Below, in pieces: positions 49,853 through 59,261 of a DNA stretch of 64,000 bases (positions within the stretch are counted from its first letter, which is position 1; each line of letters starts with the position of its first letter). Source of the DNA: Minisyncoccia bacterium. Lineage in GTDB: Bacteria > Patescibacteriota > Minisyncoccia > Phycocordibacterales > Phycocordibacteraceae. The stretch is taken from positions 76,173-140,172 of the forward strand of contig JBEKII010000002.1 of the NCBI GenBank assembly GCA_050011835.1, given 5' to 3'. Under the pieces are notes generated by a model, which saw nothing but the letters and a program-made list of their open reading frames with translations, had not been told where the DNA came from and searched no databases. The position numbers and the translations under genes are program-made.

Positions 49853-50073
49853 TCTTTTTTCTCAATCGTCCGTTTGAGCTTTCTAAGTGCTTTTTCTGAT
49901 TCTTCATATTGCACGCGAGAAGTCACTTGGTTCATTTTTTCGTCCAGCTCTTCTATTCGGCCTTCCCTTGCGGCTTTTTCTCTTTCTTCTTTGGTCGCCT
50001 TGGCTTGTCCGTACATATAATCTTGTATATCGTGTTCTTTTTCACCCGGTTTTTCCTTTGGTGGTTTTTCCAT
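49849..50073 (-). CDS. Small Lys/Glu-rich hypothetical protein
   Basis: 74-aa ORF. Low complexity. Confidence 0.25.
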   Translation of the reverse strand: MEKPPKEKPGEKEHDIQDYMYGQAKATKEEREKAAREGRIEELDEKMNQVTSRVQYEESEKALRKLKRTIEKKD

Positions 50074-50120
50074 CTCTCTATTATAACCGATAACTATAAT
50101 TATTATGACTTTTGTAAAAA

Positions 50121-50693
50121 CTAACGGCTTACAAACGAATTATTTTTTATATAAAAGCGCCACGGGAAATTCGTGCCGTTCTTAATGCCGACACGAGAAG
50201 AAATGCCGATATCTGATTTTGCAATTTCTGGCGCGTCATAGATTGTCAATCCATTTCCATTCGGACTGCCGTTTAATGCACCCGTGATGCCGAATGCTTC
50301 GCAAAATTTTGCCGGACCTGAACAAAGATTCCGCACATTTTGTGTTTTGCGGCGATGTTTCATCGTCCCGAGTCCTGCGAGGGGTTCAACAGCGCGGATA
50401 AGCACCGCGCCAATGCCGTTTTTATCGGTTGTTATATTCGCGCACCAATGCATGCCGTACGTGAAATAAATGTACCAATGGCCGTAGGTATCGCGCATAA
50501 TGGCGCTTCGAGGCGTGATTTTAAATGCGTGTGAAGCGGGGTCGGTGCCGTATGCCTCCGTCTCAACAATAATGCCCGCGCACGAACCTCTCCTCACGAT
50601 TTTCCCGAGCAGTTTTGGTGCAAGCTTAAGCGCGCTTCTCGTAAACCACGAGCGGGGAAGTGCCTTCATATGGGTAATAAAAGCATAGAACAA
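50121..50693 (-). CDS. DNA-3-methyladenine glycosylase (Mpg/AAG family)
   Basis: 190 aa. IVETEAYG...DPASHA motif. Confidence 0.7.
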   Translation of the reverse strand: MFYAFITHMKALPRSWFTRSALKLAPKLLGKIVRRGSCAGIIVETEAYGTDPASHAFKITPRSAIMRDTYGHWYIYFTYGMHWCANITTDKNGIGAVLIRAVEPLAGLGTMKHRRKTQNVRNLCSGPAKFCEAFGITGALNGSPNGNGLTIYDAPEIAKSDIGISSRVGIKNGTNFPWRFYIKNNSFVSR

Positions 50694-50767
50694 AAAGAAA
50701 AAAATGAGAGCCGGCAGACCTCGGAAGATCGCCGGCTCTTAGAAAAGATCTATTGCTGTCGATGGTC

Positions 50768-51502
50768 TTACGGAAACTGGTGGGCTTTTATCTCCTCCTC
50801 CACCCGCTTCACCGTTTCTTTCGGCCACAATCCAAACTCACTGTAGACGAAGGTTATATCCAGTAAGTTATAGCATACGACGATTCGCTTGAATCCAGCG
50901 GCTTGGAGGCGTTTGATAGTTCCTTGCTGACGGTCAACGAATATCAATTGGGGCATATCTTTACTCGGGTAGCCGTCTTCTTCCAGATGTTCCGCTTGCT
51001 TGACCTTCGTGCCACCATCAGTCCCGATATTGTCCACTGTCCAGAAGGTGAACTTCTTTAAATCAGGTACTTCGCCGTTGACCCAGCGGTCGTTCGCACC
51101 ATGCTCCTTTTTTAGTTTCTCACGCATGACGCGGCATGCAATTAATGGAAAGCACGGATTTGATTCATGCAGCTCAATGCTGGCCATCGAAGCCGCAATG
51201 GCGAGAGCAGTTCCTGCCGTTGGCAAGCCAATTAGGTTTGGCTGATTGTCGGCACAAGTTATGTTCTCATCTACCGCATTGGCGATTTTCTGTCCCGCCA
51301 TCTTTAGAAGGACAGGACAATCGGTAAGGTCGCCCCGAAGGAAAACATAGATGTTTGATTCGATGCCTGACGTCAATGTGAATGGTTTTTCCCTATACAC
51401 AATGGAGCCAACTTCGTTTGCTTTTTTAAGAAGCAAGATATCGTGGGATGTATACACCACTCCAGATGGAACTTCCAATCTGTTGCGGGAATGCGGGAAC
51501 AT
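50768..51502 (-). CDS. Type I phosphoribosyltransferase, orotate PRTase (PyrE)-like
   Basis: PRPP-binding motif FWTVDNIGTDGGT. The LIFVDRQQG stretch resembles PyrE. Adjacent to pyrF. Confidence 0.5.
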   Translation of the reverse strand: MFPHSRNRLEVPSGVVYTSHDILLLKKANEVGSIVYREKPFTLTSGIESNIYVFLRGDLTDCPVLLKMAGQKIANAVDENITCADNQPNLIGLPTAGTALAIAASMASIELHESNPCFPLIACRVMREKLKKEHGANDRWVNGEVPDLKKFTFWTVDNIGTDGGTKVKQAEHLEEDGYPSKDMPQLIFVDRQQGTIKRLQAAGFKRIVVCYNLLDITFVYSEFGLWPKETVKRVEEEIKAHQFP

Positions 51503-51514
51503 TTTTACCTCCTC

Positions 51515-52402
51515 TCATCGGTACTGGTTGATGAAATTTTGGAGCTTTAGCGTCTCGCGATGAGCCGCCTCGGCGAAGTCCGCGCCCTTTGATGCGAAGA
51601 TAATGCCTCGTGCCGAGTTGATGATCATGCCTTCCTTGCGGCTATTTTTCCCCGCGGAAACAACTTGCTCCACTTGCTTTTCAAGCGGAACGTCTTTCTG
51701 CTGGAATCCAACACCCGGAATAAGAATCGGCATATCGCCAACGATCCGACGTACTTCTTGGAGTTCATGGGGATATGTTGCCCCCACAACGATGGCACAA
51801 TTTCCGTTTTTGTTCCAGTGGTTTGCTACGCGATGCGCGACGTACTTGTAGAACGGCATATAGCTGTTTGGCTTGTTCTCGTCATCGGCTACTTCTTTAT
51901 CCTGAAATTCTCCTGCGCCAGGATTGGATGTCCGGCAAAGCACGATGATGCCATTATCCGCGCGATCCAGAAACGGCTGAAGTGCCTCTTGTCCTAGATA
52001 TGGATGCACCGTGATCGCGTCTACGTCCAGATACTCGAACGCCATCTTCACGTAACCATTGTTGGTGTTGCCGATATCGGCGCGTTTCGCATCGAGAATT
52101 ATCGGGATGTCCGGCGCAATGGTATGGATGTCGATGATAGTTCTGCGCAAAGCTGCGATACCCTCGTTGCCATGCGCTTCATAAAATGCGGAGTTTGGCT
52201 TGTAAGCACACACGATGTCTCGCGTCGCTTCTACAATTGCTCGATTGAATGCGACAATGACATCGGTAATATTAGGGCTGCGCTCGTTACCGAAAAACGC
52301 GCGCACGCGCTTATGCACGGACTCGGGAATTTTATCAAGCTCGCTATCGAGTCCGACGCAAATGAAGTTACTTTTTTCCCACCGGGCTCTCAACATTTCC
52401 AT
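51515..52402 (-). CDS. pyrF: Orotidine-5'-phosphate decarboxylase (type 2)
   Basis: Active-site motif ILDAKRADIGNT. Start taken at an internal Met. Confidence 0.75.
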   Translation of the reverse strand: MEMLRARWEKSNFICVGLDSELDKIPESVHKRVRAFFGNERSPNITDVIVAFNRAIVEATRDIVCAYKPNSAFYEAHGNEGIAALRRTIIDIHTIAPDIPIILDAKRADIGNTNNGYVKMAFEYLDVDAITVHPYLGQEALQPFLDRADNGIIVLCRTSNPGAGEFQDKEVADDENKPNSYMPFYKYVAHRVANHWNKNGNCAIVVGATYPHELQEVRRIVGDMPILIPGVGFQQKDVPLEKQVEQVVSAGKNSRKEGMIINSARGIIFASKGADFAEAAHRETLKLQNFINQYR

Positions 52403-52763
52403 GAAGTTTCGTTCTCTCATTTCTCTCTCCTTCCTTTGGTTGGGGGTTAACGAGATGAATTGTACCCCGACTCTCATTCGCTGCTTTTTCGGATCGAGGC
52501 ATTCTTACTCTCCCTCCGCATTTCGTGCATATCTCGTAGCGACGACCATCGGCAAGCTTTCCATCTTGGCCTTGGTTACCGGAGATAGGCGTCCTCCCGT
52601 CCTGGCATTCCTCACAGTCCACTACCACGTCCCGGTCTCCCACTTTTTCCTCTCCTTTCTTTACCGAAATGAACAACGATAGCCCGATGTCCGGGCCGAC
52701 TTCCGAGAATGACACTAACAAAAATGTTAATGAAACGCAATTAAGGAGTATACTTTCTTTCAT
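52368..52763 (-). CDS. Small secreted protein with a CxxC...CxxC zinc ribbon (doubtful)
   Basis: Starts at MKESILL. Overlaps the pyrF 5' end and has a start codon back-to-back with smpB. Confidence 0.25.
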   Translation of the reverse strand: MKESILLNCVSLTFLLVSFSEVGPDIGLSLFISVKKGEEKVGDRDVVVDCEECQDGRTPISGNQGQDGKLADGRRYEICTKCGGRVRMPRSEKAANESRGTIHLVNPQPKEGERNERTKLHGNVESPVGKK

Positions 52764-53205
52764 GGTCCTCGTTGAATACAAAAAGGCCTTTCTCAAATAC
52801 GCGCCACTTGAAAGTTTCACGACTGGTATTGAATTGCTTGGCCAAGAGGTAAAAGCGCTGCGGAATAAACTCGGTTCTCTGGATGGCTCGCGCGTGGTGG
52901 TGCGCGGCGGTGAGGCGTTCATTGTTGGTATGACTATTCCGCCATATCAAGTGGCGAACATGCCGAAGAATTATGATAAAGAACGAGCGCGGCGGCTCTT
53001 GCTCACTAAAAAAGAAATCTCTCAACTTGCCGATGCGGAATCTAAGAAGGGATTGACAATTATCCCACTTGAGGTGTATACTGCGGGCAGATTCGTGAAA
53101 GTGCGCATCGCCGTCGTTCGTGGTAAAGGGAAAGCCGACCGCCGCGAAGATTTAAAAAAGCGCGATGCTCTGCGCGAAACGGAACGCGTTTTGAAAACCA
53201 GATAA
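52762..53205 (+). CDS. smpB: SsrA-binding protein SmpB
   Basis: Start at MVLVEYKKAF. SmpB core and basic C-terminal tail. tmRNA lies immediately downstream. Confidence 0.85.
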   Translation: MVLVEYKKAFLKYAPLESFTTGIELLGQEVKALRNKLGSLDGSRVVVRGGEAFIVGMTIPPYQVANMPKNYDKERARRLLLTKKEISQLADAESKKGLTIIPLEVYTAGRFVKVRIAVVRGKGKADRREDLKKRDALRETERVLKTR

Positions 53206-53254
53206 TTCGATCAGTCGCTGTCAGCTTGTAGGCATTTGTGCGTATAATTTAACA

Positions 53255-53677
53255 GGGGGTGACCGGCTTTGACGGTCTGTTCTTTGAAAGACGTGCGGCG
53301 CAGTGCACTCCCGTTCACCACTTAAAACTGGCGGGAAACAAACTTGCCAAGAACACTCTTGCAAGCGCGAAGTCGCCTTACTTCGGTAAGGTCGGCGATA
53401 TCGCGTTCGCCTACGCGACGGCTCGCGGTTAACGCCACGACCCTTCTCGCCTAGCGCGACGTTTGTCCTCTAACGGTGCTCACAGCGCGAGGACGGGCGG
53501 AATTTTCTGTGAAATCGATGCCCGGAATCCCGACCGGCACATTTAAATAAGGGATCGGGCAGGAATGGTTTCGTTGGTGTTCCTCACATCCTGCCTTAAA
53601 ATTAACGCTGACTATGCGTCGTAGAAACGCTTTCATCAACTGACTCGGACCGGGGTTCAATTCCCCGCACCTCCACA
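53255..53677 (+). ncRNA. ssrA: tmRNA (SsrA)
   Basis: 5' end GGGGGTGACCGGCTTTGACGG. 3' tRNA-like end GGACCGGGGTTCAATTCCCCGCACCTCCA. Extended -10 tgcgTATAAT at 53240-53248. Confidence 0.8.
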
Positions 53678-53763
53678 TAGGTCTGCAAAAATCGCCGATA
53701 GGCGGTTTTTGTGTTGGGTTGGACAGATTACCAAAAAATTAGCGTTATGGTATAGTACTTTTC

Positions 53764-55686
53764 GTGGCAACTGCATCCCAAAAACCGAAAAATAAAAAGA
53801 CCGCACCGCCGTCTCCGAAACGGCGGGGTTGGCGCGCGCTCCTCGGCGGCCCGTCCTTTTTCGGCAACCTCACGACTACCGTACTCATATTCCTTCTTCT
53901 TATGAGTTTGTATTCGCTCTTTACGAGTTTTTCCCAGCCGAACAATATTATTCCCCTGTCAACTGTTGCGGCTGATGTTGCGGCGGGGAAGGTAACTTCA
54001 ATTACGGTCAACGGCGATTCGCTTAATCTCACTTATGCTGACAAGTCCGTGAAGACGTCGCGCAAGGACCCTTCCGCCGGTCTCCCGGAGACGCTCGCGA
54101 CGTATGGCGTCACTCCCGCGGAGCTTGCAAAAGTTTCGATTACGGTACAAGGACAGTCGGGATTTGAATTTTGGTTTGTCACGCTCGCGCCGATTATTTT
54201 GCCGCTTCTTTTCATCGTGTTTATTTTTTGGTTTCTCTCGCGTCAGGTGCGCGGGGCGGGGATGCAGGCCTTTACTTTCGGTCAATCCAAAGCGCGCATC
54301 ATTGATCCCGCCGATTCCTCGCAGCGCGTTACGTTTGCCGATGTCGCGGGCGCACGCGAAGCGAAGGAAGAACTTTTGGAGATTGTGGATTTCCTCAAGA
54401 GTCCGAAAAAATTCTTGGATATTGGCGCGCGAATTCCGAAGGGCATTATCCTGATGGGCGCGCCGGGGACGGGTAAGACGTTGCTTGCGCGCGCGGTTGC
54501 TGGCGAAGCGGGCGTACCGTTCTTTTCTATCTCGGGCTCTGAATTCGTTGAGATGTTTGTCGGCGTTGGTGCGTCACGCGTGCGCGACCTCTTCCAGATG
54601 GCGAAAAAAGCCGCACCGGCGATTATCTTCGTTGACGAGCTTGACGCCGTCGGGCGCGTACGCGGCACGGGCGTTGGCGGAGGCAATGATGAACGCGAAC
54701 AAACGCTCAATCAAATCCTCGTAGAAATGGACGGTTTTGAGCCGACAGAAAAAGTCGTGGTTATGGCGGCGACCAATAGGCCTGACGTTCTGGATTCGGC
54801 CCTGCTTCGGCCCGGACGCTTTGACCGCCGCGTCACTATTGACCTCCCGGACCGTCGCGACCGTGAAGAAATTCTGCAAATTCATGCGCGGCAAAAGCCG
54901 CTGGGGCCGGACGTCAATCTCGCCATTATCGCCGAACGCACCCCCGGTTTTTCTGGTGCCGAATTGTATTCACTGATGAATGAAGGAGCGATTCTCGCCG
55001 CACGCGAGAATCGGAAAGAAGTCACGCAATACGATCTCATCCGTTCCATAGAAAAAGTAATGCTTGGTCCGGAACGCAAGAGCCATTTGCTTTCAAAGAA
55101 AGAAAAGGAAATAACCGCATACCACGAGGCCGGCCACGCACTTGTTTCTTCGGTGCTTCCAAATGCCGACCCGGTGCACAAAATCTCAATTATCAGCCGC
55201 GGCCGTGCAGCCGGATACACTTTGAAACTTCCGTTTGAAGACAAAAAAATGCAATCGCGGAAGCAATTTTTGGACGATATCGCAACAACTCTGGGCGGTT
55301 ATGTCGCCGAAGAGATGCTCTTTAACGATGTAACGACGGGACCGAGCAACGACCTCGTTATGGTCACGGCGATTGCCCGCGATATGATTATGCATTATGG
55401 AATGAGCGAGAAGCTCGGGCCGATTGCGTTCGGCGATCGCCAGCTTGGGAACGAGCCGTATTCCGAAAAAGTCGCGGCCGAGATTGACGCCGAAGTGACG
55501 CGCATCGTTGACGAAGCGAAGGCGCGCGCGAAACAAACCATCAGCGAGCATCGTGGCGCGCTTGATGCTATTGCGAAGGAACTCATTGAAAAGGAAACCA
55601 TTGAACGCGCTGATTTTGAAAAAATTCTCATCGCCAATGGCATCACGCCCAAAAAGCGCGACGAGGAGGAGAGTGTTGTAGTATAA
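53764..55686 (+). CDS. ftsH: ATP-dependent zinc metalloprotease FtsH
   Basis: 640 aa. Two TM helices, AAA+ domain (GAPGTGKT), HEAGH zinc motif. Confidence 0.9.
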   Translation: MATASQKPKNKKTAPPSPKRRGWRALLGGPSFFGNLTTTVLIFLLLMSLYSLFTSFSQPNNIIPLSTVAADVAAGKVTSITVNGDSLNLTYADKSVKTSRKDPSAGLPETLATYGVTPAELAKVSITVQGQSGFEFWFVTLAPIILPLLFIVFIFWFLSRQVRGAGMQAFTFGQSKARIIDPADSSQRVTFADVAGAREAKEELLEIVDFLKSPKKFLDIGARIPKGIILMGAPGTGKTLLARAVAGEAGVPFFSISGSEFVEMFVGVGASRVRDLFQMAKKAAPAIIFVDELDAVGRVRGTGVGGGNDEREQTLNQILVEMDGFEPTEKVVVMAATNRPDVLDSALLRPGRFDRRVTIDLPDRRDREEILQIHARQKPLGPDVNLAIIAERTPGFSGAELYSLMNEGAILAARENRKEVTQYDLIRSIEKVMLGPERKSHLLSKKEKEITAYHEAGHALVSSVLPNADPVHKISIISRGRAAGYTLKLPFEDKKMQSRKQFLDDIATTLGGYVAEEMLFNDVTTGPSNDLVMVTAIARDMIMHYGMSEKLGPIAFGDRQLGNEPYSEKVAAEIDAEVTRIVDEAKARAKQTISEHRGALDAIAKELIEKETIERADFEKILIANGITPKKRDEEESVVV

Positions 55687-55692
55687 AAATAG

Positions 55693-55766
55693 CCGCCCCT
55701 AGCTTAATTGGTTAAAGCCCCGAGCTTATACCTCGGTGAGTCTTGGTTCAAGTCCAAGGGGGCGGA
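55693..55766 (+). tRNA. tRNA-Ile(UAU)
   Basis: Cloverleaf CCGCCCC-TA-GCTT..AAGC-C-CCGAG-CTTATAC-CTCGG-TGAGT-CTTGG-TTCAAGT-CCAAG-GGGGCGG-A. Anticodon TAT. Confidence 0.8.
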
Positions 55767-55776
55767 CTAAATAAAT

Positions 55777-56292
55777 ATGATCACTCCTGGCCAAGAAAAA
55801 TATCTTGCAACTCTGCCGAACGGAAGAATTGCCCACGTAAAACCCTTTGATCCTTTGGCTCGAGAAACAGGACTTGCTCTCGTTGCTGAAATTAAAAAGG
55901 CTTTACCCGAGGTAGCGATTTATTATATCGGCTCTTCTGTACTAGGTATTGCTGGCGAAAATGATATAGATATCAGTATCATAAGCGCAGGATTATTCGG
56001 AACGGAATTATCCGCGTTAGAAAGTTTGTATGACAAACCAACAAGTTATAAGCCCGATAAAAAACGAGCAGAGTGGAAATTTGAGAGAAATAATTTTCCT
56101 GTTGAACTTTATTTCAAAGGAGAAATGACGCCGCTTTTTGCTGAACAACTAAAAACGCACGAAATTCTTAAGCGTTCTCCTGTATTGGCAAAAGAGTATG
56201 AACAAATAAAACTTGCCGCCGGCGGATTAAATTGGAAAGATTATATGCGCCGGAAATACGAATTCTTCAATAGAATCTCTGGCGCGAATTAA
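55777..56292 (+). CDS. GrpB/UPF0157-like nucleotidyltransferase-fold protein
   Basis: 171 aa. IYYIGSSVLGIAGENDIDISI resembles the GrpB IEHIGSTSVPGL..DIDI stretch. Confidence 0.5.
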   Translation: MITPGQEKYLATLPNGRIAHVKPFDPLARETGLALVAEIKKALPEVAIYYIGSSVLGIAGENDIDISIISAGLFGTELSALESLYDKPTSYKPDKKRAEWKFERNNFPVELYFKGEMTPLFAEQLKTHEILKRSPVLAKEYEQIKLAAGGLNWKDYMRRKYEFFNRISGAN

Positions 56293-56439
56293 AATTTTGC
56301 TCAGAGCTATTACAAATGCATCTCTTCGCCGATCTTACGTTCGAGTCGTGGTGGGCGCACAAATTAAGAGAGGTAACCTTATATTTCTTTGTGAGGTATA
56401 ATTATTTTAGAGAGCCAGAAAACCTTGAGGAGGTGGAAA

Positions 56440-56622
56440 ATGAAGAAGAAAGTCAGTTGTGAACTAACGCAGGAAGTGGGCGAAAGGGAGGAAAAAAAGA
56501 ATTCGGAAGCTCTTGAGCACCTGACACCATCTCCGAAGTTGAATAAAATAATAGAGGAGGAGCTTGACCCGAGTGGTGTAGGAGTGAACGAACTTTCAAG
56601 ATTACTGGAAAGGTTGAATTAG
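56440..56622 (+). CDS. Small Lys/Glu-rich protein (module 1)
   Basis: ATG 7 nt after the gaggaggtgg RBS. 60 aa. Confidence 0.4.
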   Translation: MKKKVSCELTQEVGEREEKKNSEALEHLTPSPKLNKIIEEELDPSGVGVNELSRLLERLN

Positions 56623-56649
56623 ATTAGAAAGGTCACAGGGGGGGGAATA

Positions 56650-56673
56650 AGAGGGGCCGGCCCCTCTTTTTTA
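56650..56673 (+). terminator. Rho-independent terminator (module 1)
   Basis: gaggggcc-ggcccctc followed by tttttt. Confidence 0.6.
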
Positions 56674-56803
56674 TTCCAGACGCATCTCTTCGCTGACTTT
56701 ACGTTCGAGTCATGCTAGACGCATCTTAAGGTTTTGATGTATAATTAACTCCAGCTAGAGAATCTTTAGAGTACTGTTCCTTGAGGGAGGAGGTGAAAGT
56801 AAA

Positions 56804-57001
56804 ATGGATAAAGAGATCAGTCATGGATCAATGGAAGAAGTGTTAAGAAATGCGTTGACTAACCCAAAGCATTTCGAAGGTGGTAATCCTCTACCAACAC
56901 CACTTTCAGAACTAAATGCACAAATAAAAAAGTATGACCCGGATGGTAAAAAGGCACTCGAGATAGTAAGGAACATGCGTAAGAAAAAGAAGAAAAAATA
57001 G
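56804..57001 (+). CDS. Small Lys-rich protein (module 2), weakly homologous to the module 1 ORF
   Basis: RBS ggaggaggtgaaag. 65 aa ending in K6. Shares TPSPKLNKIIEE ~ TPLSELNAQIKK with the module 1 ORF. Confidence 0.4.
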   Translation: MDKEISHGSMEEVLRNALTNPKHFEGGNPLPTPLSELNAQIKKYDPDGKKALEIVRNMRKKKKKK

Positions 57002-57017
57002 TTACAGATGTAATGAT

Positions 57018-57045
57018 GAGGGGACTTGCTCCCCTCTCTTTATTC
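57018..57045. terminator. Bidirectional terminator (module 2 / recG)
   Basis: gaggggacttgctcccctc. Confidence 0.55.
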
Positions 57046-59205
57046 CAGATGCATTTCTTCGCTGGCGGAACGGGAGCGGAGAAGAAGCGCGGGATGATTT
57101 TTTAGTTCGGGGTCGGCGGCGACCAGAGTCGCCGCTTCAGTACGGGCGGCTTCAACGAGTTTAATATTTTTTAATGCTTCCATCGCGATATCCGAAACGC
57201 CCCACTGTTTGCCGCCCGCGAGCTCGCCCGCGCCGCGAAGCGCGAGGTCATATTCGGCGAGCTCAAATCCATTTTTTGCGGAAGTGAATGCTTTCATCCG
57301 TCCGCGCGTCATTTCGCCGAACGATTCGGGAAATGCGAAGCAGTACGACTGATACGTTGAACGGAGAACGCGCCCGCGTAGCTGATGCAGCTGCGCGAGC
57401 CCGAAGCGCTCGGCGCCTTCAATAAGGATGACAGTCGCGTTCGGAACATTGACACCCACTTCAATGACGGACGTTGCGACGAGAATATCTATGTTTCCAT
57501 TTTCAAAATCCCTCATCGTGTTTTCCTTTTCTGCTGGCCGCATTTTGCTGTGGAGAATGCCTATAGTCGCTTCGGGGAAGATACTTTTTTTCAAACGAGC
57601 TGCCTCAGCCTTAACCGATTTCGCCTGGAGCGCAAGCTCTTTCGCAGGGTCCGGTTCATCAATGCGCGGGCAGATGATATATGCCTGATGGCCGGCGGAT
57701 AATTCGACGCGAATGCGCTCATATGCGCGTTCTCGCTCCTTTGGTCCGAGCACTTCAGTTATGACTTTTTTCCTGCCCGCGGGCATTTCATCAAGAAGCG
57801 TGAGATCAAGGTCGCCATAAATGGTGAGCGCGAGCGTGCGCGGAATGGGCGTCGCCGTCATTGAAAGCAGGTGCGGCGCCACTCCTCCTTTCGTTGCGAG
57901 TTTTTGCCGATGTATGGTGCCGAAACGGTGTTGCTCGTCAATGATGGCATACGCGAGGTATTTGAACGAAAGCGATTTCTCAATGAGCGCGTGCGTGCCG
58001 ATGACAATGGGAATTTCGCCATTCGCTACCATTTTCTTAAATGCCGTTTTGGAAAGTTTCGCGGATTCTTCGTAACGGACTCGGGAAGGAAATTTTCGGC
58101 ATTCGCTCCCGGTGATGAGACCGATGGGGATGGGATGGTCGCGGAAATATGAGACGAAAGTGGAAAAATGTTGTTTTGCGAGGACCTCGGTCGGGCAAAG
58201 ATACGCAACTTGAAGTGTTCCTGCGATTCTCTCGAAAGGAAGTGATGTCGCAACAAGATACGCCGTCGCAGCTGCAACGGCGGTCTTGCCGCTTCCCACA
58301 TCGCCTTCAAGAAGGCGCAGCATCGGGTGCGTTTTTTCGAAATCAGCGACGATTGTCTCAATTGCGCGCGTCTGCGCGGAGGTCGCGGGGAAGGGGAATG
58401 ACGCGACGAAATCGGAGAGCGCCTCGCGGTCAATCGTAACTGACAATGCCTTCTGCGCCGCGAGGACGCGGCGCCGTCCTTGCATTATGACCTGGAGTGC
58501 GAAAACCTCTTCAAAGGCAAAACGTTTGCGCGCCGCAGTCGCATCGGATATTTTCTGCGGCGCATGTATAAAAACGAGTGCAGAGGCGAGTACGGGCAAG
58601 TTATAACGCGCGAGAATTTCCGGCGGGATAGGATCTTCAAAATGCTCGTGTGCTTTTGCCTCAATTATTTTTCTGATGGCATGCAAAAACCATAAAGAAG
58701 AAATTCCCTGACTTTCCGAATAGATCGGGTACACCGCCTCTTCTTTTTGCGCTCCTCTTTTTATAAAGAGGGAGTTATGTACGGATTCAGGAACAACGGG
58801 TGATTTATCGATAGACGGATTCGCGAGGTACACTTTTACTCCTGTTCCTACCACTTTTCCGCTTACTTTCACCACCATTCCGTCATATAAGGTCTTCGCG
58901 ATATATGGCTGGGAGAACCATATCATTTTTATTTTTCCCGACGCATCTTCCAGCCACGCCTCGGCAATCGGTCGGCGACTCTTCCAGGTTTTACGAATAT
59001 CGGGCTTGCGCACCGTTCCGTAAAGCGTTACATCGCCTCCGACTGTCGTGCCGGCAATCGTCCCTGTTGCGCCGGCCTGTTCGTATCGGGCGGGGAAATG
59101 GTAGAGCAAATCACGAATCGTCCGTATCTTCAGCTTATGCAGAGCGCGCTTCTGTTCAGGTTTTAGGCGAGTGAAATGCTTATCAACAAGGTCCTCGGGC
59201 TGCAT
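57040..59205 (-). CDS. recG: ATP-dependent DNA helicase RecG
   Basis: 721 aa. Wedge domain and SF2 helicase motifs (GDVGSGKT, DEQHRFG). Confidence 0.9.
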   Translation of the reverse strand: MQPEDLVDKHFTRLKPEQKRALHKLKIRTIRDLLYHFPARYEQAGATGTIAGTTVGGDVTLYGTVRKPDIRKTWKSRRPIAEAWLEDASGKIKMIWFSQPYIAKTLYDGMVVKVSGKVVGTGVKVYLANPSIDKSPVVPESVHNSLFIKRGAQKEEAVYPIYSESQGISSLWFLHAIRKIIEAKAHEHFEDPIPPEILARYNLPVLASALVFIHAPQKISDATAARKRFAFEEVFALQVIMQGRRRVLAAQKALSVTIDREALSDFVASFPFPATSAQTRAIETIVADFEKTHPMLRLLEGDVGSGKTAVAAATAYLVATSLPFERIAGTLQVAYLCPTEVLAKQHFSTFVSYFRDHPIPIGLITGSECRKFPSRVRYEESAKLSKTAFKKMVANGEIPIVIGTHALIEKSLSFKYLAYAIIDEQHRFGTIHRQKLATKGGVAPHLLSMTATPIPRTLALTIYGDLDLTLLDEMPAGRKKVITEVLGPKERERAYERIRVELSAGHQAYIICPRIDEPDPAKELALQAKSVKAEAARLKKSIFPEATIGILHSKMRPAEKENTMRDFENGNIDILVATSVIEVGVNVPNATVILIEGAERFGLAQLHQLRGRVLRSTYQSYCFAFPESFGEMTRGRMKAFTSAKNGFELAEYDLALRGAGELAGGKQWGVSDIAMEALKNIKLVEAARTEAATLVAADPELKNHPALLLRSRSASEEMHLE

Positions 59206-59261
59206 GGGTAACAGTATAGCTTGAGGTATATACTATACGTTACTAAACTCTTTTCATTAAA

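Larger units (their letters stand above)
56315..57090. repeat. Two tandem ~360-bp modules, each beginning with a copy of the recG 3'-terminal ~35 nt
   Basis: gcatctcttcgccgatcttacgttcgagtc (56322), gcatctcttcgctgactttacgttcgagtc (56688) and the real recG end gcatttcttcgctgg (57052). Each module has a TATAAT box, GGAGGTG RBS, a 60-65-aa ORF and a terminator. Confidence 0.7.
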
